64,000 bases of DNA from assembly GCA_030152585.1 (NCBI GenBank), contig JASLJC010000057.1, positions 27,637 to 91,636 of the forward strand, in the 5' to 3' direction. Positions 1 through 9,685 of this stretch are shown piece by piece (position 1 is the stretch's first letter; each line of letters starts with the position of its first letter). The DNA comes from Savagea sp. Its GTDB lineage: Bacteria; Bacillota; Bacilli; Bacillales_A; Planococcaceae. Made by a program: the position numbers and the translations under genes. Below the pieces are notes generated by a model. It ran no database searches. It was not told where the DNA came from and saw only the letters and a list, made by a program, of their open reading frames with translations.

Positions 1-387
1 AGCTGCAAACAATCCCGCATTCGTCGCACCAGATGTGCCGATTGCCATCGTCGCTACTGGAACACCACCTGGCATTTGAACGATCGAAAGTAATGAGTCT
101 TGACCACTTAATGCACGCGATTGAACGGGTACACCGATGACTGGTACTAACGTTTTCGATGCGACCATTCCGGGTAAATGCGCTGCGCCACCTGCTCCAG
201 CAATAATTGCCTGCAAGCCTTTTTCTTTTGCTCGTTCTGCATACTCGAACATCCAATCAGGCGTTCGGTGTGCAGACACTACTTTTTTCTCGTATGGAAT
301 GTCTAATTCCTCTAAAATTTGACACGCATTTTTCATCGTTTCCCAATCACTCGTACTTCCCATAATGACTCCGACTTTAGCTTTCAC
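1..387 (-). CDS. purE: N5-carboxyaminoimidazole ribonucleotide mutase, 5' part (3' end outside window)
   Basis: Manual minus-strand translation from GTG at 387: [19 protein letters not shown]...VSAHRTPD...[16 protein letters not shown]...PVIGVPV...[25 protein letters not shown] upstream. Absent from the ORF track because it is open at the window edge. Confidence 0.97.
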   Translation of the reverse strand, partial: MKAKVGVIMGSTSDWETMKNACQILEELDIPYEKKVVSAHRTPDWMFEYAERAKEKGLQAIIAGAGGAAHLPGMVASKTLVPVIGVPVQSRALSGQDSLLSIVQMPGGVPVATMAIGTSGATNAGLFAA

Positions 388-498
388 TTCGTATCTGCTC
401 CTTTACGTAATTTCCAGATTTTTATTTTACGAAAATGATTTTTCTTCAATCATTTCCTGAAAAATCGTACTTCATCTTTCAAGCCTTTTACTCCTCAT

Positions 499-527
499 AT
501 TTTAACAAGTCCACTTTCATTCGTCAA
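499..527 (-). promoter_or_regulatory. sigma-A promoter of the pur operon
   Basis: TTGACG-17 bp-TAAAAT with extended -10 TG on the minus strand. Confidence 0.75.
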
Positions 528-530
528 CGA

Positions 531-574
531 AAAACCGAACATTATTTAAGTATACTTTAAATAACGTTCGGTTT
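531..574. promoter_or_regulatory. PurR operator (inverted pair of PurBoxes) upstream of purE
   Basis: AAAACCGAACATTA ... TAACGTTCGGTTT, inverted CGAAC cores directly upstream of the -35 element, as in Bacillus PurR sites. Confidence 0.85.
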
Positions 575-583
575 CTGTTCAAT

Positions 584-778
584 TTATTGACGTTGCCCTT
601 GAAATTGGATGAGTTGATGAGAGTAAACGACTTCTCCGTCTACTTCTTTAAAAACAGGTTCTTCTCTTCGACGAATCGGCATATATCCTTCTTTTGCCAT
701 CCGTTCTAAACATTGTGTTAACGTTTCATCTTCTTCTACTGTAAACCATTGTTTATTTTTTTCGCGTTGTTTTGCCAC
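584..778 (-). CDS. NETI-motif small protein (YebG-like)
   Basis: FTVEEDETLTQCLERMAKEGYMPIRRREEPVF pattern; conserved position between pbuG and purE; GGAGG RBS. Confidence 0.85.
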   Translation of the reverse strand: MAKQREKNKQWFTVEEDETLTQCLERMAKEGYMPIRRREEPVFKEVDGEVVYSHQLIQFQGQRQ

Positions 779-838
779 ACAAATTCCTCCTTCGATTGTT
801 TGCCTTCAGTATACAACGTTTTTTCGATAACGAAACAA

Positions 839-876
839 AAAATCCAGCTGAACTTTTCAAAAAGTTCGCTGGATTT
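839..876 (-). terminator. intrinsic terminator after pbuG
   Basis: AATCCAGC(T)GAACTTTT / AAAAGTTCGCTGGATT inverted repeat with T-run on minus strand. Confidence 0.75.
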
Positions 877-879
877 CTC

Positions 880-2217
880 TTAATTAACGAAAGCAAAGTA
901 TAAAATAAACAATAAGAATAAAACGTACATAATCGGATGAATTTCTTTACGACGTCCTGTTAATAACATCGTAATCGGATAGAAAATAAAACCGATCGCA
1001 ATTCCTGTTGCAATACTGTATGTCAATGGCATTGAAAGGACGACGAAAAATGCAGGAATAGCAATTTCGAGTTTCTTCCATTCAATATCCGCTAAGTTCG
1101 CTGCCATTAACGCTCCGACGATAATAAGAGCTGGTGCTGTTACTTCTGCTGTAACGACCATTAAAATCGGTGAGAAGAAAATAGCTAATAAGAAGAAGAG
1201 TCCAGTAACGACCGCTGCAAACCCTGAACGTGCACCGGCTGCAACACCTGCTGTCGATTCAACGAACGATGTCGTCGTTGACGTACCGAGCACTGCTCCT
1301 GAAACTGTCGCAACAGAATCAGATAATAATGCTTTTCCTGCTCGCGGTAATTTGCCGTCTTCTTTTATTAAACCGGCTTGCGTTGCTACAGCAACGAGTG
1401 TTCCGGCTGTGTCGAAAAAGTCAACGAATAAAAATGTAATGACGACGACTAAAAATTGAACGGTTAACAATGAACCGGGGTCTACTGTAAACACTTCAAA
1501 TGCTGCACCGAATGTTGGAGCAATCGAAGGGGCAGATGACACAATTTTATCCGGTATTTGAATTAATCCGACAAACATACCGACAATTGTCGTCATCACC
1601 ATTCCATAAAAAATAGCGCCATTAATTTTTCGTACCATCATAATCACTGTAATGACTAAACCGAAAATCGTTAATAAAACAGGTCCGCTCGTCACGTCTC
1701 CTAATTCAACGAGTGTCGCTTCATTTGCAACGATTAATCCTGATGCTTGTAGTCCGATAAATGCGATAAATAAACCGATACCTGCTCCTACTGCATATTT
1801 CAGCTGTTGGGGAATGGCGTTAATGACCCATTCACGAAGTCCTGTTAAAGATAATACGATGAAAATTAATCCTGAAACGAGAACACCTGTTAAAGCCGTT
1901 TGCCACGGAATCCCCATACCGAGCACGACAGAAAATGCAAAAAATGCGTTTAATCCCATACCCGGAGCTAGTCCGATCGGGTAACGTGCTAATACACCCA
2001 TTAAGATGGAACCAATCGCTGCTGCTAATGCTGTCGCAACGAATACGGCTCCTTTTTCCATTCCGATGCCTTCTGGTAATCCTGGAATGCCTTCAAGCGA
2101 TAACATAATCGGGTTAACGACGAGAATGTACGCCATCGCTAAAAATGTCGTCAAACCTCCAATGAATTCCCGTTTATAATTCGTGCCGAGCTTTTCGAAC
2201 TCAAAATATTGTTTCAC
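880..2217 (-). CDS. pbuG: NCS2/AzgA-family guanine/hypoxanthine permease
   Basis: GLTTFLAMAYILVVNP, APGMGLNAFF, DFFDTAGTL, GTSTTTSFVES motifs; many TM helices; PurBoxes upstream. Confidence 0.92.
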   Translation of the reverse strand: MKQYFEFEKLGTNYKREFIGGLTTFLAMAYILVVNPIMLSLEGIPGLPEGIGMEKGAVFVATALAAAIGSILMGVLARYPIGLAPGMGLNAFFAFSVVLGMGIPWQTALTGVLVSGLIFIVLSLTGLREWVINAIPQQLKYAVGAGIGLFIAFIGLQASGLIVANEATLVELGDVTSGPVLLTIFGLVITVIMMVRKINGAIFYGMVMTTIVGMFVGLIQIPDKIVSSAPSIAPTFGAAFEVFTVDPGSLLTVQFLVVVITFLFVDFFDTAGTLVAVATQAGLIKEDGKLPRAGKALLSDSVATVSGAVLGTSTTTSFVESTAGVAAGARSGFAAVVTGLFFLLAIFFSPILMVVTAEVTAPALIIVGALMAANLADIEWKKLEIAIPAFFVVLSMPLTYSIATGIAIGFIFYPITMLLTGRRKEIHPIMYVLFLLFILYFAFVN

Positions 2218-2261
2218 GATTTTCGATCCTTCCTTCTTCGTATATGTTTTTGAATACTATC

Positions 2262-2336
2262 AATATAGCGAAAGTGAAAGAAAATAACAAGACTAAAAAC
2301 GAACGTTACTACATTTTATAAGATAAACGTTCGTTT
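2262..2336 (-). promoter_or_regulatory. pbuG promoter with PurR operator pair
   Basis: TTGTTA-17-TATATT (2290..2262) preceded by AAAAACGAACGTTA ... AAACGTTCGTTT inverted PurBox pair (about 2295-2336). Confidence 0.8.
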
Positions 2337-2946
2337 ATTTGACATTTGTTATACGGAATCGTCGTTTTAACCGTTGCCAAAACGATTGTTTTTTCGGATG
2401 TTCGAGCCGTTCGCGTAAACGATGTAAACGTCCGTCTTCTTCTTGCATCACTTCATCGACTTTTCGTTCAAACGTTTGAATCGCTTTTTCGAATTGTTCT
2501 TCTTCTTTATAAATTTTAGCGAACAATCGAACGCATTCCATTTGTAGCGAACCGATACGACCGGCCCATTGCAATTGGACAATTTGTGTCAACATACGCC
2601 CATCAGAACGTTGTTCGAAATAATGTTCCCATTTTTTAAAAAATGGATCGTATCGTTCGATCAATGACGCCCAATACGTCTTTTCAACAATAATATGAAA
2701 CAACTCTAAATCAAATGTTTCATCGATATATGTACCGTGCTCTCGTTGAAACAATCGTCCTTCCTCTTTTAAAAACGTATACGCCCGCGACCGTTCGATC
2801 CCATCTATTCGTATTAAAACGGCTGGGTTCAACAACGTCTCATCGAGCTCGAGCGCAATCGAATGTCCCGTCGCTCGTACGACGTTTTGAACCATCCAAC
2901 CCGATTGTAACATCGCGAGTTGTTCGCGTAACTGTTCGAGTGTCAT
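2335..2946 (-). CDS. hypothetical protein
   Basis: 203-aa ORF with AAGGAGGG RBS, host-like codon usage, basic amphipathic C-terminus; no motif recognised. Confidence 0.75.
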   Translation of the reverse strand: MTLEQLREQLAMLQSGWMVQNVVRATGHSIALELDETLLNPAVLIRIDGIERSRAYTFLKEEGRLFQREHGTYIDETFDLELFHIIVEKTYWASLIERYDPFFKKWEHYFEQRSDGRMLTQIVQLQWAGRIGSLQMECVRLFAKIYKEEEQFEKAIQTFERKVDEVMQEEDGRLHRLRERLEHPKKQSFWQRLKRRFRITNVK

Positions 2947-3167
2947 ACAAGTCCCTCCTTATCGTAAGTTTACCACGTCTTTTTCAAACGAACATCTTTT
3001 CTATCAAAAAGAAAGGAGACGTTCATACCAATACTCAGTCGGTAGCGAAAACTGCATACACTTTCAACTCATCCTCTTTTATACGATGATGAATAGAACT
3101 TGTCTATCATTCATACCGAAGTATAAGATAGAAGAATCAACTCGATATTCAAAAAAGGAGATGACCT

Positions 3168-3485
3168 ATGAACTTCATCAAAAAAGAATTTTTAACGTTT
3201 GTATCTCTATTATGTGCTATCGGTGTATTTGGAATGAGTAGTGCATTTCAAAGTATGGCATACTGGGGAAATGATTGCACTTGGTATTGGATTGGCGTAG
3301 TTTTAACTTATTTTCTCGGATGGGTAGGTATCGTTTTTTTAGTCTTTGCAAGTAAGAGAAAAACAAAGATAAACGGAGAATCAAAATCTAGTTTGTCAAT
3401 GTTTGGGATAATCACTTCTCTTGTATTGATCAGTAGCTTTTTATGGACAACTTTTATCATCATCGCCGGCATGTCTGGAATTTAA
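3168..3485 (+). CDS. hypothetical 3-TM membrane protein, atypical composition
   Basis: AAGGAG RBS, three hydrophobic segments; AT-rich and CpG-poor compared with neighbours. Confidence 0.75.
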   Translation: MNFIKKEFLTFVSLLCAIGVFGMSSAFQSMAYWGNDCTWYWIGVVLTYFLGWVGIVFLVFASKRKTKINGESKSSLSMFGIITSLVLISSFLWTTFIIIAGMSGI

Positions 3486-3524
3486 GTTTTTATGATGTGT
3501 CACACGTTGGATTGCAACGAAAAT

Positions 3525-3558
3525 AAAAAAGAGATATTGCTTTTACACAATATCTCTC
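3525..3558. terminator. terminator between convergent 3168..3485 and guaA
   Basis: GAGATATTG / CAATATCTC stem flanked by A-run. Confidence 0.65.
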
Positions 3559-3664
3559 ATTTTCCTCCGTTTCCTTTAGCGGAATTTTAGCGGAGAACTT
3601 ATTTCATTTTACATACCATCAAAAGAGTGAAATCAATGCTTTCACTTCAAGTACGATTTGCGGA

Positions 3665-5197
3665 TTATTCCCACTCAATCGTACCTGGTGGTTTCGGTGT
3701 AATGTCGTACACGACACGGTTAACGTGCGGCACTTCTTCTGTAATACGACGACTAATTTTTTCTAAAACGTCCCACGGAATACGTGCCCAGTCAGACGTC
3801 ATCCCGTCAACAGAATGGACGGCACGAATACCGATTGCGTGATCGTACGTTCGTTTTTCATCGCGCTTTCCGACACTGCGAATGTTCGGTAATACAGCGA
3901 AATATTGCCAAATCGAACGGTCGAGTCCTGCTTTTTTAATTTCGTCACGTAATACGTAATCTGCTTCACGAACGATATTTACTTTTTCAGGTGTCACTTC
4001 ACCGAGAACACGAATACCTAAACCTGGTCCTGGGAACGGTTGACGATGAACGATTTCTTCTGGAAGACCGAGTTCTAATCCGAGTTGACGAACTTCATCT
4101 TTGAATAAAGCAGTGAGTGGTTCGATCAATTCAAATTCCATATCTTCTGGAAGTCCACCGACGTTATGGTGAGATTTGATCGTCTCAGACGTTGCAGTAC
4201 CACTTTCGATAACGTCTGCATAAATCGTACCTTGTGCAAGGTAGTCGATACCTTCTAATTTTGCTGATTCATCATCAAATACGTAAATAAATTCGTTTCC
4301 GATCGTTTTACGTTTCGTTTCAGGATCTGTAATTCCTTTTAGTTTACCGAAGAAACGGTCTTGAGCGTCTACTTTAATAAAGTTCATATTGAAGTCTTCA
4401 CTAAATGTCTGGACGACACTTTCTGCCTCTCCTTTACGGAGTAACCCGTGATCGACGAAAATACACGTTAATTGATTACCAATCGCTTTATGAACGAGCG
4501 CTGCGACGACCGATGAATCGACACCGCCACTTAATGCACATAATACATTTTTATCGCCGACTTTTTCACGAATACGTGCGACTTCTAAATCGACGAAATA
4601 TTTCATCGTCCATTTATTCTCTAATTGGCAAAGTTCGAATACGAAATTCGTTAAAATCGTTTCGCCTTCTTCTGTCGCATCGACTTCTGGGTGGAAGTTT
4701 AAAGCATAAAATGGTAACGTTTCGTGCTTATACGCTAATCCATCTTCTGCGATGGCGACGAATGATGGTGCGTCTAAACGGTATGTTTCTTCTGTCGTTT
4801 CGACAGCAAATGAAGGTGCTGTTTCGTTCCATAGTGGATCGTTTTGACGTGTCATCGTCACAACAGCTGCTTCTGTCGCCACGACGTTTGCGTCGTAATC
4901 AAAATGACGTACTAATTCTTTCGCACCGTATCCGATTGCTAAAATTGGGAGACCTAATTCAAAAATCGCACGGTCAACTTGTAAATCGTACTTCTTCGCA
5001 ACCGCTTCGTCTCCTCCGGATAATACGATTCCGATCGCATTCATGTTTTGAATGTCTTCTGCTGTTGTCGTATGGGGATGTAACTCGCTATATACTCCTA
5101 CATTACGTAAACGGCGTGTCACTAATTGATTGTGCTGACTTCCTAAATCAAGAACGACGACTTTCTCTTGTCCTTGCAATACAGGTGATGTAGACAT
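3665..5197 (-). CDS. guaA: GMP synthase (glutaminase domain degenerate)
   Basis: [12 protein letters not shown]-loop, [32 protein letters not shown] end. ATG at 5197 fits the GAGAGG RBS (ORF track starts at 5206). Confidence 0.96.
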   Translation of the reverse strand: MSTSPVLQGQEKVVVLDLGSQHNQLVTRRLRNVGVYSELHPHTTTAEDIQNMNAIGIVLSGGDEAVAKKYDLQVDRAIFELGLPILAIGYGAKELVRHFDYDANVVATEAAVVTMTRQNDPLWNETAPSFAVETTEETYRLDAPSFVAIAEDGLAYKHETLPFYALNFHPEVDATEEGETILTNFVFELCQLENKWTMKYFVDLEVARIREKVGDKNVLCALSGGVDSSVVAALVHKAIGNQLTCIFVDHGLLRKGEAESVVQTFSEDFNMNFIKVDAQDRFFGKLKGITDPETKRKTIGNEFIYVFDDESAKLEGIDYLAQGTIYADVIESGTATSETIKSHHNVGGLPEDMEFELIEPLTALFKDEVRQLGLELGLPEEIVHRQPFPGPGLGIRVLGEVTPEKVNIVREADYVLRDEIKKAGLDRSIWQYFAVLPNIRSVGKRDEKRTYDHAIGIRAVHSVDGMTSDWARIPWDVLEKISRRITEEVPHVNRVVYDITPKPPGTIEWE

Positions 5198-5350
5198 GAA
5201 AACCAACCTCTCTTAAGTTCAAATTTCGAATGACCGATTCATTACGAAAGACGCGCACGAAAAGCGTGATATCGGCGCGCCTTTTCTAAAAGGAACATTC
5301 CACTGTTCTCTTTTTATCATCATCCGTTCGAATGTTTCATACGTTGTATT

Positions 5351-7447
5351 TTACTGCTCTTTCTTTGATAAATCAACCCGCAAGCGATGATTGTACCAAT
5401 TGAAAAGCGCTTCGTACGATGCCCACTCCTCTTGAGTTGACGTCGTACCGTATACTTGACGTTCATACACTTTTGTCAGTTCCTGAAGCGCAGTCGTTTC
5501 AAACTGCTCATCGATCCGTCGTGCATATTGTTGTAACGTCTCATATTTCGCGCGTGGCCAACCTTTTTTATCTAGTTGTTTTAATAATGCGCGATACGTT
5601 TCTTGGAAAGTTGTCACAGAATCGACTTCTTTTTTCTTTTTTCGATATACGAAATAAAAAGCAGCGAGGAGCAACAATCCGATTGCGATCAAGCAAACAA
5701 CGTAAATTAGAGAGGAGGACTTTTTCTTTTCAGTCGATGCCGGTTCTTGCGTTTCCTCTTTTTCCTCTTCTTCATACAACTGTTCTGTTTCCGCGGGCGG
5801 AATTTCTTCTTCCGCTTTTTCCGGATCGCTTTCTTCTGTGAAGGAACGCTCAAATGTTGCAGGACTTTCAAAACCGACGGTCGGTTCAAACGGAATCCAA
5901 CCATAAGAAGGGAAATAAACTTCTACCCAAGAGTGAGCATCATTTTCTGTAATTTTTGCTTGCTCTCGTTTTTCGTCATACGTACCACTTGCATAACCTT
6001 TCGCCCAACGTGCTGGAATGTCGAGCGTTCGAAGTAAAACAACCATTGAAGAAGAATAGTTATCACAATATCCGCGTTTCGTTTCGAAGACGAATTGGTC
6101 GACATAATCTTCGCTTCCTTCAGGGTAAGGGACGTCTTCTCGGTCGTACGTATAGCCTGACTGTTTGAAATATTGTTCAATAGCTTTTACTTTATCATAA
6201 ACCGTCGGTGCATCTTTCGTAATTTGTTCGGCTCGGTCGTATAGACGCGACGGCAATCGTTCAGGTAACTGCGTATATCGTTTCATCTCTTCTTCTGTTA
6301 AATCGTAATCTTCAAGTGACCACGTTCGAAGATTCGTTTCATCGTAAACGGGTGGATCGTATTGCAAAGAATACGTCGTAAGTGGTAACGTTTCTTCGTT
6401 ATCATTTTGGAAAACGTGACGTTCTTCACGTGCGACTTGATACAACATTCCTTCTGCTGCTTCGCTTTTCCCCGTCCAACCGTAAACGATCGGTACGTAC
6501 GGCAAGTCTCGCTTCATATGGAATGTCGCCGTCGCTTCTCCTTCTTCTCCTGTTGCTGCATCCCATTTTTTCGCAGAAGAACCTTCCCAACCTTTCGACG
6601 TATACGTTTCTTTCGTTTCAAGACGGTAATATTGACGCGTCGGTAAATCGACGTCCATGACGTGCGCATCGTTCGGCTCAAATGCCCCACCGAGCGACGT
6701 GTCATCTTCACGATAACCACTTTTCGCTTGTTCCTTTTTATCTGTCCACGACATAAACCACGACCACGTTTTCCCATCATCTTCTGCTGGTAGGACGACA
6801 AAACTTATACTAAAAATCGCAATCGTTACGGCAAGAAAACTCGTTACACCTTTCATAAATGCTTTTCGGTTCCACGTCAAATGAGGAATCGTATAACGAC
6901 GTAACCATTCAACACTGACGAGTAAACCGATACTATAAAGCAAAATACGAACAAACTCGAATTTGCCAACCGGTGCTTCGAGTAACACGAGAAACACGAA
7001 GAAAAAGATCGTCACACTGACGAAAAGTCGAACGCGGTGTAACGTATCGATCCAATAATAAATGAAATACGTAAACATCCATAATAAAAGGAACGATAAA
7101 AACGTATGAAAATCGTTCGTTAACAATTGAATATCCCACTGCTGGAGGGCTAACCGGTTAAGTTCCCATTGTTCTTGCCAATATAAACCGAACGAACGTA
7201 ACGTATATGCCGAATGATAAAAAATCGCATACGGCAAAAAGAATGCAAAGATCAATTTTATCGGCGTACTTAACCAAAATGGTAAACGAATAAAATAAAG
7301 AATTAAACTAAGCCCGATAAAAAAGAGAAACACACCGTAATAACTCGACTGTGTCACATGTAATATCGGACGTAACCATTCAGCAACGATGAAAAACGAA
7401 AAACCGTAAGCGAAAAAGCGAATAAAATAATAATCTAACGTTTTCAT
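5351..7447 (-). CDS. membrane transglutaminase-like protein (TgpA/YebA type, C-terminal DUF4129-like region)
   Basis: N-terminal TM block; GYCDNY, DAHSWVEVY, WIPFEPT catalytic motifs; start ATG 7447 overlapping upstream stop. Confidence 0.9.
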   Translation of the reverse strand: MKTLDYYFIRFFAYGFSFFIVAEWLRPILHVTQSSYYGVFLFFIGLSLILYFIRLPFWLSTPIKLIFAFFLPYAIFYHSAYTLRSFGLYWQEQWELNRLALQQWDIQLLTNDFHTFLSFLLLWMFTYFIYYWIDTLHRVRLFVSVTIFFFVFLVLLEAPVGKFEFVRILLYSIGLLVSVEWLRRYTIPHLTWNRKAFMKGVTSFLAVTIAIFSISFVVLPAEDDGKTWSWFMSWTDKKEQAKSGYREDDTSLGGAFEPNDAHVMDVDLPTRQYYRLETKETYTSKGWEGSSAKKWDAATGEEGEATATFHMKRDLPYVPIVYGWTGKSEAAEGMLYQVAREERHVFQNDNEETLPLTTYSLQYDPPVYDETNLRTWSLEDYDLTEEEMKRYTQLPERLPSRLYDRAEQITKDAPTVYDKVKAIEQYFKQSGYTYDREDVPYPEGSEDYVDQFVFETKRGYCDNYSSSMVVLLRTLDIPARWAKGYASGTYDEKREQAKITENDAHSWVEVYFPSYGWIPFEPTVGFESPATFERSFTEESDPEKAEEEIPPAETEQLYEEEEKEETQEPASTEKKKSSSLIYVVCLIAIGLLLLAAFYFVYRKKKKEVDSVTTFQETYRALLKQLDKKGWPRAKYETLQQYARRIDEQFETTALQELTKVYERQVYGTTSTQEEWASYEALFNWYNHRLRVDLSKKEQ

Positions 7448-8553
7448 CGATTCGCTCCTTTCACGAGTTGGCGGAATGTCTCGACCGGTAACCATTCAAA
7501 TGCGACCGTTCCGCGTCTTTCTAAACGACGATCCATATCATTTTCCAAAATGTAAACGATATGAGGAACAGCCATATTGCGCATCGAAACGACCGCTGCT
7601 TCTTCTACCGTCGCAACTGTTGTCACAATCGTCGGTGAACTATTCCACTCGAGCGGACGTTCAATGAGTGGCTTCGGACGAACCGTCGCTAAATGACGCA
7701 ATACTTCTCGGAAAGACGACTCCGACTGAACGAGTTGATGTACAATATTCGGAATGATCACTTCGACGACGACTTGTTGTTCGTATAACGTATACAACAA
7801 CGAACTAAATAATTGCACACGTTCTTCAAAGTACGGACCTTCTACGTGATAAAAATAAAGGCCGACGCGGCGTTCTTCTCCTCGTTCAAACTCTTTCGTC
7901 ATCATTTGTTGCATACGTGCGGATGCTTTCCAATGAATGTGAGAAAGTGAATCACCTCGAACGTATGGACGGGTAGACATTGGCATCGTCATTTCAAATG
8001 AAAATAAAGCTGCCGTTCCACCGTCACTATTTAATCCGCTTTGCATTAAACTTTCCATATGAAGAGGAACGTACGTTGGATAAACGTAAAATGAAACGTC
8101 ACTCGGTTTTGTTCGACGTTGTTCACTCAAACGTAAACTATCGGCTAATCGTAACGTCGTCTCTATACTTTCATAATGTCCGCGCGTCCAATCCGTCACA
8201 TCGAGCGCATACGTCCATCTTTTCCTCAACCCGACCCATTCAAACAAATGAAACGACTTCGGACGCGACATTCCATCTTTTGCGAACGTTATTTCAAAAT
8301 CGACCGTACCGAGTGGAAACCGGTTCGGACGTTCTACAGTAATCAAAATTATTTTTCGATCACCTTTTTGTTGCAACTGTTCTGTCCATTGCCATCGTCT
8401 TAACGGTAAAAATGTTACAAGTAAGCTATATGCGCTATAAAAAGTTAAAATGAGGAGTAAAAAATAGCTGACGAATTGACGTTCTTTTAAAGCGAATGCA
8501 AATAGTGCGCCCCAAACAATCGCTAAAAAGAACCATTGTCGTTGACGATTCAT
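7444..8553 (-). CDS. DUF58 domain protein (YeaD-like)
   Basis: RPYVRGDSLSHIHWKASAR...MMTKEFE motif, N-terminal TMs, between MoxR and transglutaminase. Confidence 0.88.
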   Translation of the reverse strand: MNRQRQWFFLAIVWGALFAFALKERQFVSYFLLLILTFYSAYSLLVTFLPLRRWQWTEQLQQKGDRKIILITVERPNRFPLGTVDFEITFAKDGMSRPKSFHLFEWVGLRKRWTYALDVTDWTRGHYESIETTLRLADSLRLSEQRRTKPSDVSFYVYPTYVPLHMESLMQSGLNSDGGTAALFSFEMTMPMSTRPYVRGDSLSHIHWKASARMQQMMTKEFERGEERRVGLYFYHVEGPYFEERVQLFSSLLYTLYEQQVVVEVIIPNIVHQLVQSESSFREVLRHLATVRPKPLIERPLEWNSSPTIVTTVATVEEAAVVSMRNMAVPHIVYILENDMDRRLERRGTVAFEWLPVETFRQLVKGANR

Positions 8554-9485
8554 CGTTTATCAACAGGTACAGGAGTCGATTGGCGCACTTGTTCAATAAC
8601 CGACGATGCTGTCATACCGTTATACAACGCATCGCGATATAGTAATAGACGGTGTGCTGCAACATAGTGAAATAAAAATTGAACGTCATCAGGTGTAACG
8701 AAAGAACGTCCTTGGACGTAAGCATATGCTTGTGCCGCTCGTGCGTAACTCATCGTACTCCGCGGACTCATTCCGAGTTCGATCGCATCGTGTTCTCGTG
8801 TACCACGTACGAGCGCAACGATATAATGCGCAATTTCGGGAGATAAATGAACATGGCGTACTTCTTTTTGCATATCAAGCACATCTTCTACTGTACAAAC
8901 CGCTTCAATTGGCGCTTCTGCTCGCTTGTCTTCTTCTAAAATCAATTTCGCTTCTTCAGCTGCTGTCGGGTAACCAATCGTTAATTGGAATAAAAAGCGA
9001 TCAAGTTGCGCTTCAGGTAATGGAAACGTTCCTTGATGTTCAATAGGGTTTTGGGTCGCCATGACAAAAAACGGCGACGGAAGCGGATACGTTTGACCGT
9101 CGACAGTTAAAGAGCGTTCTTCCATACTTTCTAAAAGGGCCGATTGTGTTTTCGGACTCGCCCGGTTTAATTCATCGGCTAATACGACACCTCCGAAAAT
9201 CGGACCTTCTTCAAATTGAAACGTTCGATGTTCAGGGTGATAGATTGAAACCCCAGTAATATCAGCTGGCAATAAGTCCGGTGTAAATTGAATTCGACTA
9301 AATGATGCATCAATCGACTTCGACAATGCTTTCACGAGTGCTGTTTTCCCAACACCCGGTACGTCTTCTAACAATACGTGTCCTTCGCTTAGCAAAGCAA
9401 CGACACTTAATTCAATAATCGAACGCTTCCCTAAAATGACACGTTCTACATTTTCAATTAATCGATGGACCGTCTCTTTTGACAT
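8550..9485 (-). CDS. MoxR-family AAA+ ATPase (YeaC-like)
   Basis: HVLLEDVPGVGKT, RIQFTPDLLPAD, LADELNRASPKTQSALLE, ATQNPIE, LPEAQLDRF. Confidence 0.95.
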   Translation of the reverse strand: MSKETVHRLIENVERVILGKRSIIELSVVALLSEGHVLLEDVPGVGKTALVKALSKSIDASFSRIQFTPDLLPADITGVSIYHPEHRTFQFEEGPIFGGVVLADELNRASPKTQSALLESMEERSLTVDGQTYPLPSPFFVMATQNPIEHQGTFPLPEAQLDRFLFQLTIGYPTAAEEAKLILEEDKRAEAPIEAVCTVEDVLDMQKEVRHVHLSPEIAHYIVALVRGTREHDAIELGMSPRSTMSYARAAQAYAYVQGRSFVTPDDVQFLFHYVAAHRLLLYRDALYNGMTASSVIEQVRQSTPVPVDKR

Positions 9486-9685
9486 GACAATTCTCCTTTA
9501 AACGTTGTTTATTTTACGATAACGGTTGAATAGACGAACGACAAGTAATACGGGTTCTTTTTCACGGTTTTGAAACGTTTTACATGCTCGTTGAACGAAC
9601 GAAAATGAAAAACCATCCAAATCGACAACTTTTCACGACACGTATCGCGTAAAGACCGTCGATTTAAATGGTCTACTGTTCGAAT

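Noticed and set aside
9608..9675. Long imperfect hairpin after nadE as a separate ncRNA
   Set aside because: Position and minus-strand T-run fit an ordinary terminator of pncB-nadE.
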